Source: Sulfurovum sp. (lineage in GTDB: Bacteria; Campylobacterota; Campylobacteria; Campylobacterales; Sulfurovaceae). Taken from it: DNA of 64,000 nt. Where the stretch lies: contig NVUY01000015.1 in assembly GCA_002733215.1 (NCBI GenBank), positions 324 to 64,323 of the forward strand, read 5' to 3'. Below, piece by piece: positions 47,240-57,874 of this stretch. Made by a program: the position numbers and the translations under genes. Below the pieces are notes generated by a model. It did no database searches and had not been told where the DNA came from. It was given only the letters and a program-made list of their open reading frames with translations. Numbering within the stretch: the stretch's first letter is position 1; each line of letters starts with the position of its first letter.

Positions 47240-48193
47240 ATGCAATTAATAATTATCGTTATTTTGGGGACTATTTTTGGATTTATGTATGGATATAACA
47301 CAGATGGCTTCATTTTTAGTACAAACATCTGTCTTTTTGCTGGTATAACTATGATAATGCCATCACTTTTTAAATTTGAATTAAAAGATATTAGATTAGT
47401 ATGGCAATATAAATCAGTCCTTTTTAAAGGCCTTATGGTCAACTATATACTATTGCCTGTTTTTGCACTAGTCATTGGTTTTATGACAAATGATTTTGGT
47501 ATTACTGGAGGGTTGTTTTTACTTTCAGTCTTAAGTGGTGGAGGTATGGTCATGCATTGGATCAAAAAATCTAAGGCAGATAGCTCTTTTGGATTTCTAC
47601 TTCTTTTTATCAATCTCATTTTTATTTCACTCTCTTTACTGATGTTACATCTCTTTGCAACATACTCTGCGGGGTACTTTGGTGTGAGGTATGATGCAGA
47701 GATCCATATTAGCAGGTTTGCAGAACCTGTGATCATGCTTTTAATTGTTATTCCGTTCTTTGTAAGCAGAGTGATACTTTTTATCAAACCACTGCTTACC
47801 TTGATCCAAAGCTATAGTAAGTATATAAGTCAGGGTAGTATTTTTGTCATTTTATTTTATTTGTTTGGATTGCAGAGTACTCAGCGCTTGGAAGATATTT
47901 ATGATTTTGAACCTGAACTTTTTTTCATTGCATTTGGGGCTGTCACAGCATTTTATTTACTAATATTTATAGCTTCAAGACTCATTTATAACTTAGATTC
48001 ACCTCAGGAAAGGGCAGCATTTTGGCATAGTATAACAAGATATATTACTTTGGCGTTGGTGATTTCTACTTTCTCTGCCAGTACCTTTGGTCTCTCCATG
48101 TTACTGCCCGTTATGTTCGCTTATCTTGTGCAGATACCACTATCTGTAGTGATCAGTAATAAGTATATGCAGAATTTAGAAGAGACAGTTTAG
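47240..48193 (+). CDS. polytopic membrane protein, possibly BART (bile acid:Na+ symporter/Acr3) superfamily
   Basis: About 9-10 TM helices; GL.VNYILLP pattern. Confidence 0.65.
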   Translation: MQLIIIVILGTIFGFMYGYNTDGFIFSTNICLFAGITMIMPSLFKFELKDIRLVWQYKSVLFKGLMVNYILLPVFALVIGFMTNDFGITGGLFLLSVLSGGGMVMHWIKKSKADSSFGFLLLFINLIFISLSLLMLHLFATYSAGYFGVRYDAEIHISRFAEPVIMLLIVIPFFVSRVILFIKPLLTLIQSYSKYISQGSIFVILFYLFGLQSTQRLEDIYDFEPELFFIAFGAVTAFYLLIFIASRLIYNLDSPQERAAFWHSITRYITLALVISTFSASTFGLSMLLPVMFAYLVQIPLSVVISNKYMQNLEETV

Positions 48194-48324
48194 ATAAACT
48201 GCTTTGTTTCTAGGTCCCCGTACCTCGAGCTATGATACGAGTTTATTTCTTCTCTAAAACTATCCAGTTAGCTAGAATACAAATTATCTTTATATCTATT
48301 TCTAACAAGCCTAAGAACTTAAAA

Positions 48325-50049
48325 TTAGCAACAATTACAACTTTGTTTATACTTGCTCAATTTCCCAATTCCTGGATTGAATGTATTTGTAGGATCTAAT
48401 TTAGCATAAAACTTTTGCAGAGTGCTTTCTGCCTTATATAAGTGACCAACGTTATGTTCAGCAGGATACTTAGCCCCTTTTTTATCTAAGAATTCAAGCA
48501 TTAGTTCTTTCATTCTAACCTTATCGGTACCTTTTTTGAAAATGTAATTTTGATGGAATACATTACACATGAAATGCCCATAGTGCAAGGTGACGTCTAT
48601 ATTATCTTGCACTTCTTGAGGTAGTGTTTCAACCCATTGCGTATCATTACGTCGCAGCGCAATATCTAGTGGTAACATACCAGCAATATTCTTTTCATGC
48701 ATAACCGTGTAACGTCCAGCGGCTCCGCCCGCTGCAAATCTATGAAGTAGTGCTTTTTCACCTTCTTCTTTAGTGCATACTATATATCCACCATTTGAGT
48801 CTTCTTTATCTTCAGACCAGTTCTCTTCTAGGTAAGCCAAAGCTTCTTCTATACCATCATCTCCCATACTTAGAATAAGATGATGTTCATACTTATCTCT
48901 CATTTCAAGTAAACGTTGTGGGATTTGGTTTGGAAATAATTGACTCGTGTATTGCATCACCTTATTTGGAATATCTTTTGGTAAAAATGAAAACCCTTTT
49001 AAAAGATTTTCAACCTTTGATTTAATTTTATATAAAAGAGGCATTCTTTTAGTTCCTAAGTATCTAATGGCTACAAAGGTGTCTTTTCCATATTTTTCTG
49101 TAATATTAAAAATTGTACGGTGCATATATTCTCCCATCTCAGGAAGGTTCTTAAAATTACTTAAAATATCAATTCTTAGTTTTGCAAGTTTATCAGGATC
49201 ATTGGTTCCTAGGTAAAACACCTGTTCTCTTTTTGGTATTGCAAAGGTATCCGTTCTAACGGCAAATACACCTAGTTTTCCCGCACAACCACTACTTTCA
49301 AATAATCGTCTCTCATCTGCATTATAACGAGCGGGTATATCTGATGTTACATCTCGAACACGTTCTTCGTATTCATTATCAGAAGCAATACCTTTATCAT
49401 AATTAATCTTATAAATATCAAGATTGCCTTTTTCTAAGTTCGTTAATATCTCTTCCGGGGTAGATCCAAGTCCTTCAATGCCAAGATGATTAACAAGATG
49501 TAATTCTCCTTTTTCATCTACTTGTGCATAAATAGCAAGTTCTGTATAAGCAGGACCACGTTTTACTAAGGCACCACCTGAATTATTAGCAATACCACCT
49601 ATAACTGTGGCACCTAGTTGAGAAGAGCCAATAACAGAATGAGGACTTCGATTTATTTTACCTAAGGTTTCGTCCAGTGAGTGCAAGGTTGCACCCGACA
49701 AACTAATCGCTTGTTTTCCATCATTAATTAAATGAATTTTATTAATAGCAAGGGTACTAATAATCACCACATCTCTATCATAGTCAGAACCACTAGGTGC
49801 AGAACCTTCTGTAAGTCCAGTTTTTGCTGCTTGCATAATAATGATACAATTAGCTTTGACACAAGCTTCAATTAATTTCCACTGCTGCACTAGTGTGCTT
49901 GGGAAAACAACGGCTAAAGCTATTCCTACACCTGAACGAAATCCACTTCTATAATAAGATGTTTTACTCTCTTTAGTTAAAACCTTATTTGCCCCTACAA
50001 TACTTTCAAATTGTTGAATTACTGCATTTTGTTCTGCTGTTCTTGTCAT
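48325..50049 (-). CDS. dld: membrane-bound FAD-dependent D-lactate dehydrogenase
   Basis: QAAKTGLTEGS, NNSGGALVKRGPAYTE, GAKYPAEHNVGH and FNPGIGK. Confidence 0.95.
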   Translation of the reverse strand: MTRTAEQNAVIQQFESIVGANKVLTKESKTSYYRSGFRSGVGIALAVVFPSTLVQQWKLIEACVKANCIIIMQAAKTGLTEGSAPSGSDYDRDVVIISTLAINKIHLINDGKQAISLSGATLHSLDETLGKINRSPHSVIGSSQLGATVIGGIANNSGGALVKRGPAYTELAIYAQVDEKGELHLVNHLGIEGLGSTPEEILTNLEKGNLDIYKINYDKGIASDNEYEERVRDVTSDIPARYNADERRLFESSGCAGKLGVFAVRTDTFAIPKREQVFYLGTNDPDKLAKLRIDILSNFKNLPEMGEYMHRTIFNITEKYGKDTFVAIRYLGTKRMPLLYKIKSKVENLLKGFSFLPKDIPNKVMQYTSQLFPNQIPQRLLEMRDKYEHHLILSMGDDGIEEALAYLEENWSEDKEDSNGGYIVCTKEEGEKALLHRFAAGGAAGRYTVMHEKNIAGMLPLDIALRRNDTQWVETLPQEVQDNIDVTLHYGHFMCNVFHQNYIFKKGTDKVRMKELMLEFLDKKGAKYPAEHNVGHLYKAESTLQKFYAKLDPTNTFNPGIGKLSKYKQSCNCC

Positions 50050-50103
50050 TATATTATCCTTTTAATTATTTTATAATTTTTGAACCTCTATCAGCACAAT
50101 AAT

Positions 50104-50608
50104 TCACCAAACTCTTTCAACTTTCAATAACCCATCAATCCCTACATAATCTCTAGCGGAGCTATAACGCCAATGTGTAGCTTCTTCCATATATCCGCAT
50201 TTTACAGAGTTATGATGAATATATTCTATTTTTTCTTTCATCATTGTGTTTGATTGTATCAGTTTTGGATGAAAGCCCTTCTCCCATATTTGATAAGTAC
50301 TTTCAGTTCTATGTGCCTTTTTATGATAAGCCAATTGTTTCAGTGGAGTTGCTGCATTATTTTTTTGTAGTAACTTGAGTAATTCATACGCAGTATAGGA
50401 TTTAAACTTTTGCATACTTTTTCCAATGTCATCACTTTGAGCTATAAGAAAAGACAATAAGATTATCATTTTCTTGCAGATAAGCCAATGAATCTATAAT
50501 TATTTGCACACTCTCTTTGTTTGTAAACAGTGGTAACCAATGCAATATAGTACACGTTAAAAAGTGTGGATGTGTTGGTTCATATATTTAATATCTGCTT
50601 CTACCTAT
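50104..50608 (-). pseudogene. decayed REP-associated tyrosine transposase (RAYT, IS200-like HUH)
   Basis: GRSRY*IYE...HFLTCTILHWLPLF...FKSYTA...QIW...YIHHN.VK.G...WRYSSA; start ATA, internal stop, deletion/frameshift over the HUH motif. Confidence 0.85.
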
Positions 50609-50659
50609 AAATTGAGTGTATCAACTTTTTTGTTATAGGTGCTTTAGTTTTGGATTTAT

Positions 50660-50700
50660 AGTCTGATAGAGGTTCAACAGCTGGAGCTGTTGAACGAGTA
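50660..50700. repeat. REP upstream of RAYT
   Basis: CTGATAGAGGTTCAACAGCTGGAGCTGTTGAACGAG; inverted partial copy TTGAACCTCTATCAG at 50080-50094. Confidence 0.85.
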
Positions 50701-50725
50701 GGTAGAATATACCCAAAGAAGATGT

Positions 50726-51973
50726 TTAAGCAAACTGTTCTTTAAGTATATCCTGCGCCTGGATCATATCTTTATCACCACGTCCCGAAAGGTTCACTAA
50801 GATGGTTTTACCTTTGATCTCTTCTGGCTTCATCTTTTTCAAATACGCTATGGCATGAGAACTCTCAAATGCTGGGATGATCCCTTCTGCCTGTGAAAGC
50901 CATACAAAGGCATCCAGGGCTTCATCATCAGTGATGTGGTCATAAGTCACAACACCTTCATCTTTTAAAAATGAATGTTCCGGACCTATGCCCGGGTAGT
51001 CAAGTCCTGCTGAAATGGAATGCGCTTCCTGTACCTGTCCGTCTTCATCTTGCAGAAGATAGCTCAGCTGGCCGTGTAGTACACCGGGGCTTCCCTTTGC
51101 AAGAGAACAACCGTGTTTGGAGTCAAGTCCCAGTCCACCGGCTTCTATGCCGATACACTCTACACTTTCATCTTGTAAAAAGTGATTGAAGATACCAAGG
51201 GCATTGGAACCCCCGCCGATACAGGCGATGACCTTGTCCGGCAGACAGCCTTCCACCGCATCAAGCTGTGCTTTTGCTTCCCATCCGATGATAGACTGGA
51301 TGTCACGTATCATCATAGGGTAGGGGTGAGGTCCTGCTACAGTTCCGATGATGTAGTAAGTGTCACGAGCATTGGTCACCCAATGTCTGATGGCATCATT
51401 CATGGCATCTTTAAGCGTACGGCTTCCAGACTCTACGGCATGTACCTTGGCACCAAGGAGTTTCATACGAAAAACGTTGAGTTCCTGACGTGCCACATCT
51501 TTAGCACCCATAAAGACATCACATTCAAGTCCAAAAAGTGCTGCTACTGTTGCTGTTGCTACACCATGTTGTCCTGCTCCTGTCTCTGCGATGACTTTTT
51601 TCTTGCCAAGTCTTTTGGCAAGTATAGCCTGTGCTACGGTATGGTTTATCTTGTGTGCGCCGGTGTGGTTCAGGTCTTCACGCTTGAGGTATATCTTTGC
51701 ATCAAGCTCTTTGGAAAGGTTTTCGGCAAAGTAAAGCGAGGAAGGACGACCGACGTAGTTTTTATAGTAGTAGTCTACTTCTTTCCAAAACCCTTCATCA
51801 AAACGTACGGCTTCGTAGTCGAGTCTGAGTTGTTCAAGTGCAGGCATAAGTGTTTCGGGTACAAAACGTCCGCCATAGCCTACCTGACCATTTTCCATAT
51901 TGCCGAAATGTCCTGAGTCATCGGGGTCATGAGGGCTGGGTTTTGGGATATATATTTCTTTATGTAAGTTCAT
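50726..51973 (-). CDS. trpB: tryptophan synthase beta subunit
   Basis: [22 protein letters not shown] and SAGLDYPG. Confidence 0.98.
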   Translation of the reverse strand: MNLHKEIYIPKPSPHDPDDSGHFGNMENGQVGYGGRFVPETLMPALEQLRLDYEAVRFDEGFWKEVDYYYKNYVGRPSSLYFAENLSKELDAKIYLKREDLNHTGAHKINHTVAQAILAKRLGKKKVIAETGAGQHGVATATVAALFGLECDVFMGAKDVARQELNVFRMKLLGAKVHAVESGSRTLKDAMNDAIRHWVTNARDTYYIIGTVAGPHPYPMMIRDIQSIIGWEAKAQLDAVEGCLPDKVIACIGGGSNALGIFNHFLQDESVECIGIEAGGLGLDSKHGCSLAKGSPGVLHGQLSYLLQDEDGQVQEAHSISAGLDYPGIGPEHSFLKDEGVVTYDHITDDEALDAFVWLSQAEGIIPAFESSHAIAYLKKMKPEEIKGKTILVNLSGRGDKDMIQAQDILKEQFA

Positions 51974-52099
51974 TATTTTCTCTCGTGTAGTAATAGAATG
52001 GATTATATCTCATATGAGTTTAAGATAAGTCTATAGTCTATTTATGTTACCATTAATAAGATCACTTATTTCAGGATACTCCTAACAGAAGGAAGTTTT

Positions 52100-55000
52100 A
52101 TGTCTAAACATACAGCCACAATTGATGGAAATGAAGCAGTTGCGCGGGTCGCTCATAAAATAAATGAAGTCATAGCCATTTATCCTATTACGCCTTCATC
52201 GGTGATGGGTGAACTTTCAGATACCTATTCTACCCAAGGCGAGAAAAATATTTTTGGCACAGTGCCTGATGTGACTGAGATGCAAAGCGAAGGAGGAGCA
52301 AGCGGGGCTGTCCATGGAGCATTGCAAAGCGGGGCATTAACAACGACGTTTACTGCTTCACAGGGCCTTTTGTTAATGATACCAAATATGTACAGGATCG
52401 CCGGTGAACTTACCTCGACTGTATTTCATGTGGCTGCACGTTCACTTGCTGCTCAGGCGCTTTCCATCTTTGGTGACCATCAGGATGTGATGGGTGTAAG
52501 ACAAACAGGTTTTGCATTGATGCCCTCGGGGTCTGTGCAGGAAGCACATGATTTTGCGCTTATCTCTCAAGCCGCCACACTTCGTACCCGTATACCTTTT
52601 TTACATTTTTTTGATGGCTTCCGTACCTCCCATGAGGTCAATAAAATAAACTTACTGAGTGAAGATGTTTTAAAGGCGATGATAGACGAAGAGCTGGTCT
52701 ATGCCCACCGTTCACGAGCACTCACTCCTGACAATCCTTTTATACGAGGTACTTCACAAAACCCGGATGTTTATTTTCAAGGCCGTGAAAGTGTTAACAG
52801 TTTCTATTTAAAGGTTCCCTCTATTTTACAGGAAGAGATGGATAAGTTTGAAAGACTTACAGGCAGAAAATACAAGCTTTTTGAATATATCGGAGAAAAA
52901 GATGCTGAAAGGATCATCGTACTTATGGGATCAGGTGCTGAAGCTGTGGATGAGTGTGCAGAGTATTTGGGGGAAATGGGCGAAAAGGTTGGGGTTGTAA
53001 AGGTGCGTTTGGCGCTTCCTTTCAGTATAGAACATTTTATAGCTGCGTTGCCGATCACAACTCGCTCAATCGCAGTACTTGACAGAACAAAAGAGTCAGG
53101 CTCTCTGGGTGAACCACTATATCATGATGTCTTTATGGCACTGAGTGAAGCAAATATTGAAGGCAGGTTGAATTTTAAGATGCCAAGGGTCATTGGTGGC
53201 CGTTACGGGCTTTCATCCAAAGAATTTACACCCGCCATGATAAAATCCATCTTTGACGAACTGGGCAAAGAAAAACCTAAAAATCACTTTACCATCGGTA
53301 TCAATGATGATGTGACACATACAAGTTTGGAGTATGATACAGGTTTTATGGTTCAAGACAGTAATACCTATGAAGCCATTTTTTTTGGTTTTGGTTCAGA
53401 CGGTACCGTGGGAGCAAACAAAAATTCTATTAAGATCATTGGACAGGAAACAGAAAATTATGTGCAGGGGTATTTTGTCTATGATTCTAACAAATCGGGC
53501 TCTGTGACTACTTCACATCTTCGTTTTGGATCTAAGCCTATCCGCTCAAGCTATCTTATACAAAAGGCAGATTTTGTAGCCTGTCATCAAAATGTTTTTC
53601 TGGAGAAGTTTGAGATCCTTATCCATGCAAAGGAGGGGGCAACTTTTCTCCTGAACACAGCATTTCCAAGAGCGTTGCTTTGGGGTAAATTACCCAAAGA
53701 GGTACAAAGAGAGATCATAGATAAAAAATTGAAATTCTTTGCTATAGATGCAGCTAAGGTGGCAAAAGAGAGTGGTATGGGAAGAAGGATCAATACCATC
53801 ATGCAAACATGTTTTTTTGCGATTTCCGGCATTTTAGATAAAGAAGATGCCATAGAAAAGATCAAACAGAGTATCTACAAAACATACGGAAAGAAAAGTG
53901 AATCCCTTGTTGCGATGAACTATAAAGCAGTGGAGAGTGCGCTGGAGAACCTTTATGAAGTAGAAGTGCCCAATGAAATAACTTCAAAGTTAGCAATGCA
54001 AGCTTCTGTTAAGGGTGATTATAATGATTTTGTCGAAAATGTTACCAGGAAGATCATTGAGGGGCATGGAAATGAACTGCCTGTAAGTATGCTTCCCAAT
54101 GATGGAACCTGGCAGAGCGGCACAACACAGTATGCAAAAAGAAATGTGGGTCTTGAGGTTCCTGTATGGGATGCTGACGTGTGTATTCAATGTAACAAAT
54201 GTGTAATGGTCTGTCCACATTCTGTCATACGTTCAAATGTCGTCGAACTCTCTTACCTTAGCAATGCACCTGAAGGGTTTAGCTTTATCAAGGCCAAGGG
54301 TAAAACCTTTGAAGAAGATGAAAACTTTATGATCTCTGTCTCTGTTGAGGATTGTACGGGATGTGCTTTGTGTGTGGAAGTGTGTCCTGCTAAAAATAAA
54401 TCACAGACAAATCTCAAAGCGATCAATATGCAGGAACAGCTTCCGCTTAGGAAAAGCGGGTCTGCACAGTGGGAGTTTTTTACAGAGCTTCCACTCATAG
54501 ACCGTTCAAAACTCAACCATGACAAAGTAAAAGAGAGCCAGTTCCTAGAACCGCTTTTCGAATTTTCTGGAGCATGTCCGGGCTGTGGAGAAACGCCTTA
54601 TGTCAAACTTACCAGTCAGCTTTTTGGTGACAGAATGATCGTAGCAAATGCCACAGGATGTTCCTCCATCTACGGAGGAAACTTACCGACAACCCCATGG
54701 AAGAAAAACCTGGAGGGTAAAGGACCTGCCTGGTCAAATTCACTTTTTGAAGACAATGCAGAGTTTGGTTTGGGTTTCAGACTGGCTATTGATAAACATG
54801 AAGCTCAGGCAAAAGAGCTGGTAAATGAACTGAAAGAGGTGATAGGTGAGGAATTAAGCCAAGATATCCTAAGTGCAGTGCAAGTTGAGGAGAGTGATAT
54901 TTATAGTCAAAGAGAACGTGTTGAGCACTTGAAAGAGAAACTTCAAAACGCCACACATCCTCATGCCAAAAGACTCCTCTCTTTAGCAGACTATCTCTCT

Positions 55001-55675
55001 AAAAAATCTGTCTGGATCATGGGTGGTGACGGTTGGGCTTATGACATTGATTATGGTGGGCTTGACCATGTCATAGCCTCTGGAAAAAATGTAAATATTT
55101 TAGTGCTGGATACGCAAGTCTACTCCAATACCGGCGGACAACAGAGTAAAGCGACATTTACTGGCGCCGTTGCTAAATTTGCAGCCGGAGGAAAAGCAGG
55201 ACTTCCCAAAGACCTGGCAATGATGGTCATAGCTTACGGAAATGTCTATGTAGCCCGTGTTGCCATGGGTGCAGATGATACGCAAACATTAAAGGCTTTT
55301 ATTGAAGCAGAGAAATATGACGGACCGTCTATGATCATCGCCTATTCCCACTGTATCGCTCATGGCTATGACCTGAAATATGGAATGAGTCAGCAAAAAT
55401 TGGCAGTCCAAAGTGGGATTTGGCCGACTTTCAGATATAACCCTGATCTAGAGAAAGAGGGGCTAAATCCTATGATCGTAGATTATAAAAAACCTACAAA
55501 GTCTGTGAAAGAGTTTATGTATAATGAAACGAGGTTTAAGATGGTTGAGAAAATGAATGCCAATGATGCCAGAGCATTTATCTCTACCGCACAAAAACAT
55601 GCAGATGAACAATATAAAAAATACACTAATTTGACCAACATTGATTATAGTCATGAAGCTAGGGAGGAAAAATAA
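52100..55675 (+). CDS. nifJ: single-chain pyruvate:ferredoxin/flavodoxin oxidoreductase
   Basis: YPITPS, two ferredoxin CxxCxxCxxxCP motifs, CPGCGE and GGDGWAYD. Confidence 0.97.
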   Translation: MSKHTATIDGNEAVARVAHKINEVIAIYPITPSSVMGELSDTYSTQGEKNIFGTVPDVTEMQSEGGASGAVHGALQSGALTTTFTASQGLLLMIPNMYRIAGELTSTVFHVAARSLAAQALSIFGDHQDVMGVRQTGFALMPSGSVQEAHDFALISQAATLRTRIPFLHFFDGFRTSHEVNKINLLSEDVLKAMIDEELVYAHRSRALTPDNPFIRGTSQNPDVYFQGRESVNSFYLKVPSILQEEMDKFERLTGRKYKLFEYIGEKDAERIIVLMGSGAEAVDECAEYLGEMGEKVGVVKVRLALPFSIEHFIAALPITTRSIAVLDRTKESGSLGEPLYHDVFMALSEANIEGRLNFKMPRVIGGRYGLSSKEFTPAMIKSIFDELGKEKPKNHFTIGINDDVTHTSLEYDTGFMVQDSNTYEAIFFGFGSDGTVGANKNSIKIIGQETENYVQGYFVYDSNKSGSVTTSHLRFGSKPIRSSYLIQKADFVACHQNVFLEKFEILIHAKEGATFLLNTAFPRALLWGKLPKEVQREIIDKKLKFFAIDAAKVAKESGMGRRINTIMQTCFFAISGILDKEDAIEKIKQSIYKTYGKKSESLVAMNYKAVESALENLYEVEVPNEITSKLAMQASVKGDYNDFVENVTRKIIEGHGNELPVSMLPNDGTWQSGTTQYAKRNVGLEVPVWDADVCIQCNKCVMVCPHSVIRSNVVELSYLSNAPEGFSFIKAKGKTFEEDENFMISVSVEDCTGCALCVEVCPAKNKSQTNLKAINMQEQLPLRKSGSAQWEFFTELPLIDRSKLNHDKVKESQFLEPLFEFSGACPGCGETPYVKLTSQLFGDRMIVANATGCSSIYGGNLPTTPWKKNLEGKGPAWSNSLFEDNAEFGLGFRLAIDKHEAQAKELVNELKEVIGEELSQDILSAVQVEESDIYSQRERVEHLKEKLQNATHPHAKRLLSLADYLSKKSVWIMGGDGWAYDIDYGGLDHVIASGKNVNILVLDTQVYSNTGGQQSKATFTGAVAKFAAGGKAGLPKDLAMMVIAYGNVYVARVAMGADDTQTLKAFIEAEKYDGPSMIIAYSHCIAHGYDLKYGMSQQKLAVQSGIWPTFRYNPDLEKEGLNPMIVDYKKPTKSVKEFMYNETRFKMVEKMNANDARAFISTAQKHADEQYKKYTNLTNIDYSHEAREEK

Positions 55676-56670
55676 TGAATTTATCGACAACATACCTGGG
55701 ACTGGAGTTTAAAAATCCGCTTATTGCTGGCGCTTCGCCCTTAACTGGGAGCAGTGATAAAATTAAAGAGCTTGAAGATGCCGGCATTGCCGGTGTGGTC
55801 TTACATTCTTTATTTGAAGAACAGATCAACCATGATCTGCATGCGGTTGATCACTTTTTATTTCAGGGAAGTGACAGTTTTGCAGAGTCTCTGAGTTATT
55901 TCCCTGAGTCAGATCATTTGGAAAGTTCAGAATCTGAGCATTATCTGGAAGATCTGGCAGAGATTAAAAGATCGACTGATATTCCTGTCATTGCCAGTTT
56001 AAACGGAGTTAGCAGTGGCGGATGGGTCAAGTATGCTAAAAAGATACAAGAAGCAGGTGCCGCTGCTCTGGAGTTAAATATCACATACATTCCAACAGAT
56101 CCAATGCAGGATGCAAGGGAGATAGAAAATATGTATGTAAAAGTTTTGGAAGATATAAAAGAAAATACCACCTTGCCGCTCGCAGTAAAGATGAATCCCT
56201 ATTTTACAAATCCTGCCCAAATGGCAAAAAGATTTAAAGATGCCGGTGCAAACGGCTTAGTTGTTTTTGACAATCCGGTTCAGGTGGATATTGATCTGGA
56301 CGAATTAAGCCCTGTACAAAGAGCAAATTTAACGACTTCTTCCAGTATCTCTGAGACACTTCGCTGGTGTGCTATTTTACACAGTATGGTGGATATTTCT
56401 CTTGCTGCATCAACAGGGGTACATACTGCAAAAGATGTTTTAAAAGCTGTGATGAGTGGTGCAGATGTGACACAGATGGCTTCTGCGCTTCTAAAACATG
56501 GAACAGGACATGTGCAGACTATACTCAAAGAGTTAGAAGAATGGATGGAAGAGAAAGAATATGTTTCCATAGAACAGATGAAAGGAAGTATCTCTTTAGA
56601 TCATTGTGATAACAAAGCGGCCTATGAGAGAGCCAATTATATGAGAGCACTGCTTACTTACAGGTTTTAA
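55675..56670 (+). CDS. dihydroorotate dehydrogenase-like flavoprotein coupled to nifJ
   Basis: L.T.YLGL..KNP, SLFEEQI, ALELN and YERANY. Confidence 0.85.
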   Translation: MNLSTTYLGLEFKNPLIAGASPLTGSSDKIKELEDAGIAGVVLHSLFEEQINHDLHAVDHFLFQGSDSFAESLSYFPESDHLESSESEHYLEDLAEIKRSTDIPVIASLNGVSSGGWVKYAKKIQEAGAAALELNITYIPTDPMQDAREIENMYVKVLEDIKENTTLPLAVKMNPYFTNPAQMAKRFKDAGANGLVVFDNPVQVDIDLDELSPVQRANLTTSSSISETLRWCAILHSMVDISLAASTGVHTAKDVLKAVMSGADVTQMASALLKHGTGHVQTILKELEEWMEEKEYVSIEQMKGSISLDHCDNKAAYERANYMRALLTYRF

Positions 56671-56702
56671 GAACGCAGGTTCTAAAATCGCAGGTTTTAA
56701 CA

Positions 56703-57803
56703 TCAAATGATATAGGCTATCTCTGCCTGTGAAGCCAGTCTCATAGGCGGCCCCCAAAACCCTATACCGGAGTTCACGTAAATATGACTGCCATTTGGCA
56801 GTTTATGCAGACCTTTGACATAGGGTTGCTGTAGTCTTACGAGGTATTCAAAAGGCCAGATCTGTCCTCCATGGGTATGACCTGAGAGTATAAGATCCGG
56901 TGTGTAAGACCCCAGTTCTTCTATAAACTTGGGTTGGTGTGCTAAGAGTATGGTTTTATAAGCAGTGTTAGTCCCTTTAAAGGCTTTATGGATGTCAGGT
57001 ACAAGTACATTGGTTCTGTAGCCTATACGGTCTGTAACACCTACTACATTGAGTTGGATCTCGTTTATGATGATGTTCTCATTGAGTAGTAGTTTAATGT
57101 TTGTGGTCTTCATGAAATTTATGATTTTCACAGGGTTGTGAAAATATTCGTGGTTACCTAAAATATAATAGATTCCATACTTTGATTGAATGTCTGTAAG
57201 CTCTAGTATTGCCTCTTTTATACCGTCAAGTGCAGTATCTATGATGTCACCGGTAATGCACACTATGTCAGGTTTAAGTGCATTGATCTTTTCTACAGAT
57301 GCTTTTACAAATGTTCTGTCTATCAGACCCCCAATATGAAGATCACTTATTTGCACAATGGAGAAATCAAAGGTATTGAATTTTACAACATTTACCACAG
57401 GTTCTTTCATCCCTTCATAGGCACCTGCTGTCACATAGGAAGTAGAGAGTGCCAGCATGGCACCATCCCCGCTTTTTTTAATAAAATTTCTTTTTGAGAG
57501 ATCTATTCCCCTGAGTGTCTTATGGAAAAGATGTAATACTTCATGCAGTACTAAATAGAGAAATATCACTAGTGTAAACCCTATGGAAAGGGAGAAGAGA
57601 TAGTAGAAGGTATTTGGTATGATATCGGTGTATCTCCCTATAACATAGAGTATGTTAAAAATAAAATTGAGTCCAAGAAGTATGGTTAAGATGTTTTTTG
57701 ACTTGTCAGTGAGTAAGAGCTTCTTGATGACCCTTGAGTAAAAAAGATAGTGCAAGGCAAAGAATAAAAGAAGAAACAGTGAAAAAAACAAATAAACTCG
57801 CAT
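56703..57803 (-). CDS. membrane metallophosphoesterase (YkuE-like)
   Basis: SDLH, TGD, GNHE and SGHTHGGQ. Confidence 0.92.
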   Translation of the reverse strand: MRVYLFFSLFLLLFFALHYLFYSRVIKKLLLTDKSKNILTILLGLNFIFNILYVIGRYTDIIPNTFYYLFSLSIGFTLVIFLYLVLHEVLHLFHKTLRGIDLSKRNFIKKSGDGAMLALSTSYVTAGAYEGMKEPVVNVVKFNTFDFSIVQISDLHIGGLIDRTFVKASVEKINALKPDIVCITGDIIDTALDGIKEAILELTDIQSKYGIYYILGNHEYFHNPVKIINFMKTTNIKLLLNENIIINEIQLNVVGVTDRIGYRTNVLVPDIHKAFKGTNTAYKTILLAHQPKFIEELGSYTPDLILSGHTHGGQIWPFEYLVRLQQPYVKGLHKLPNGSHIYVNSGIGFWGPPMRLASQAEIAYII

Positions 57804-57874
57804 AATGACCACCTTAATGCGGTATTATACTGTATATAAAGAAATAAGACACATACATTTTAGAAGGAATAAAA

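Noticed and set aside
51182-51916. 244-aa ORF on the + strand
   Set aside because: Antisense shadow of trpB; similar shadows over metG, folD, nifJ, gdhA and others were also ignored.
50726-51973. trpB without trpA as a TrpB2-type novelty
   Set aside because: Sequence has TrpB1-type motifs; dispersed trp genes are unremarkable in this group.
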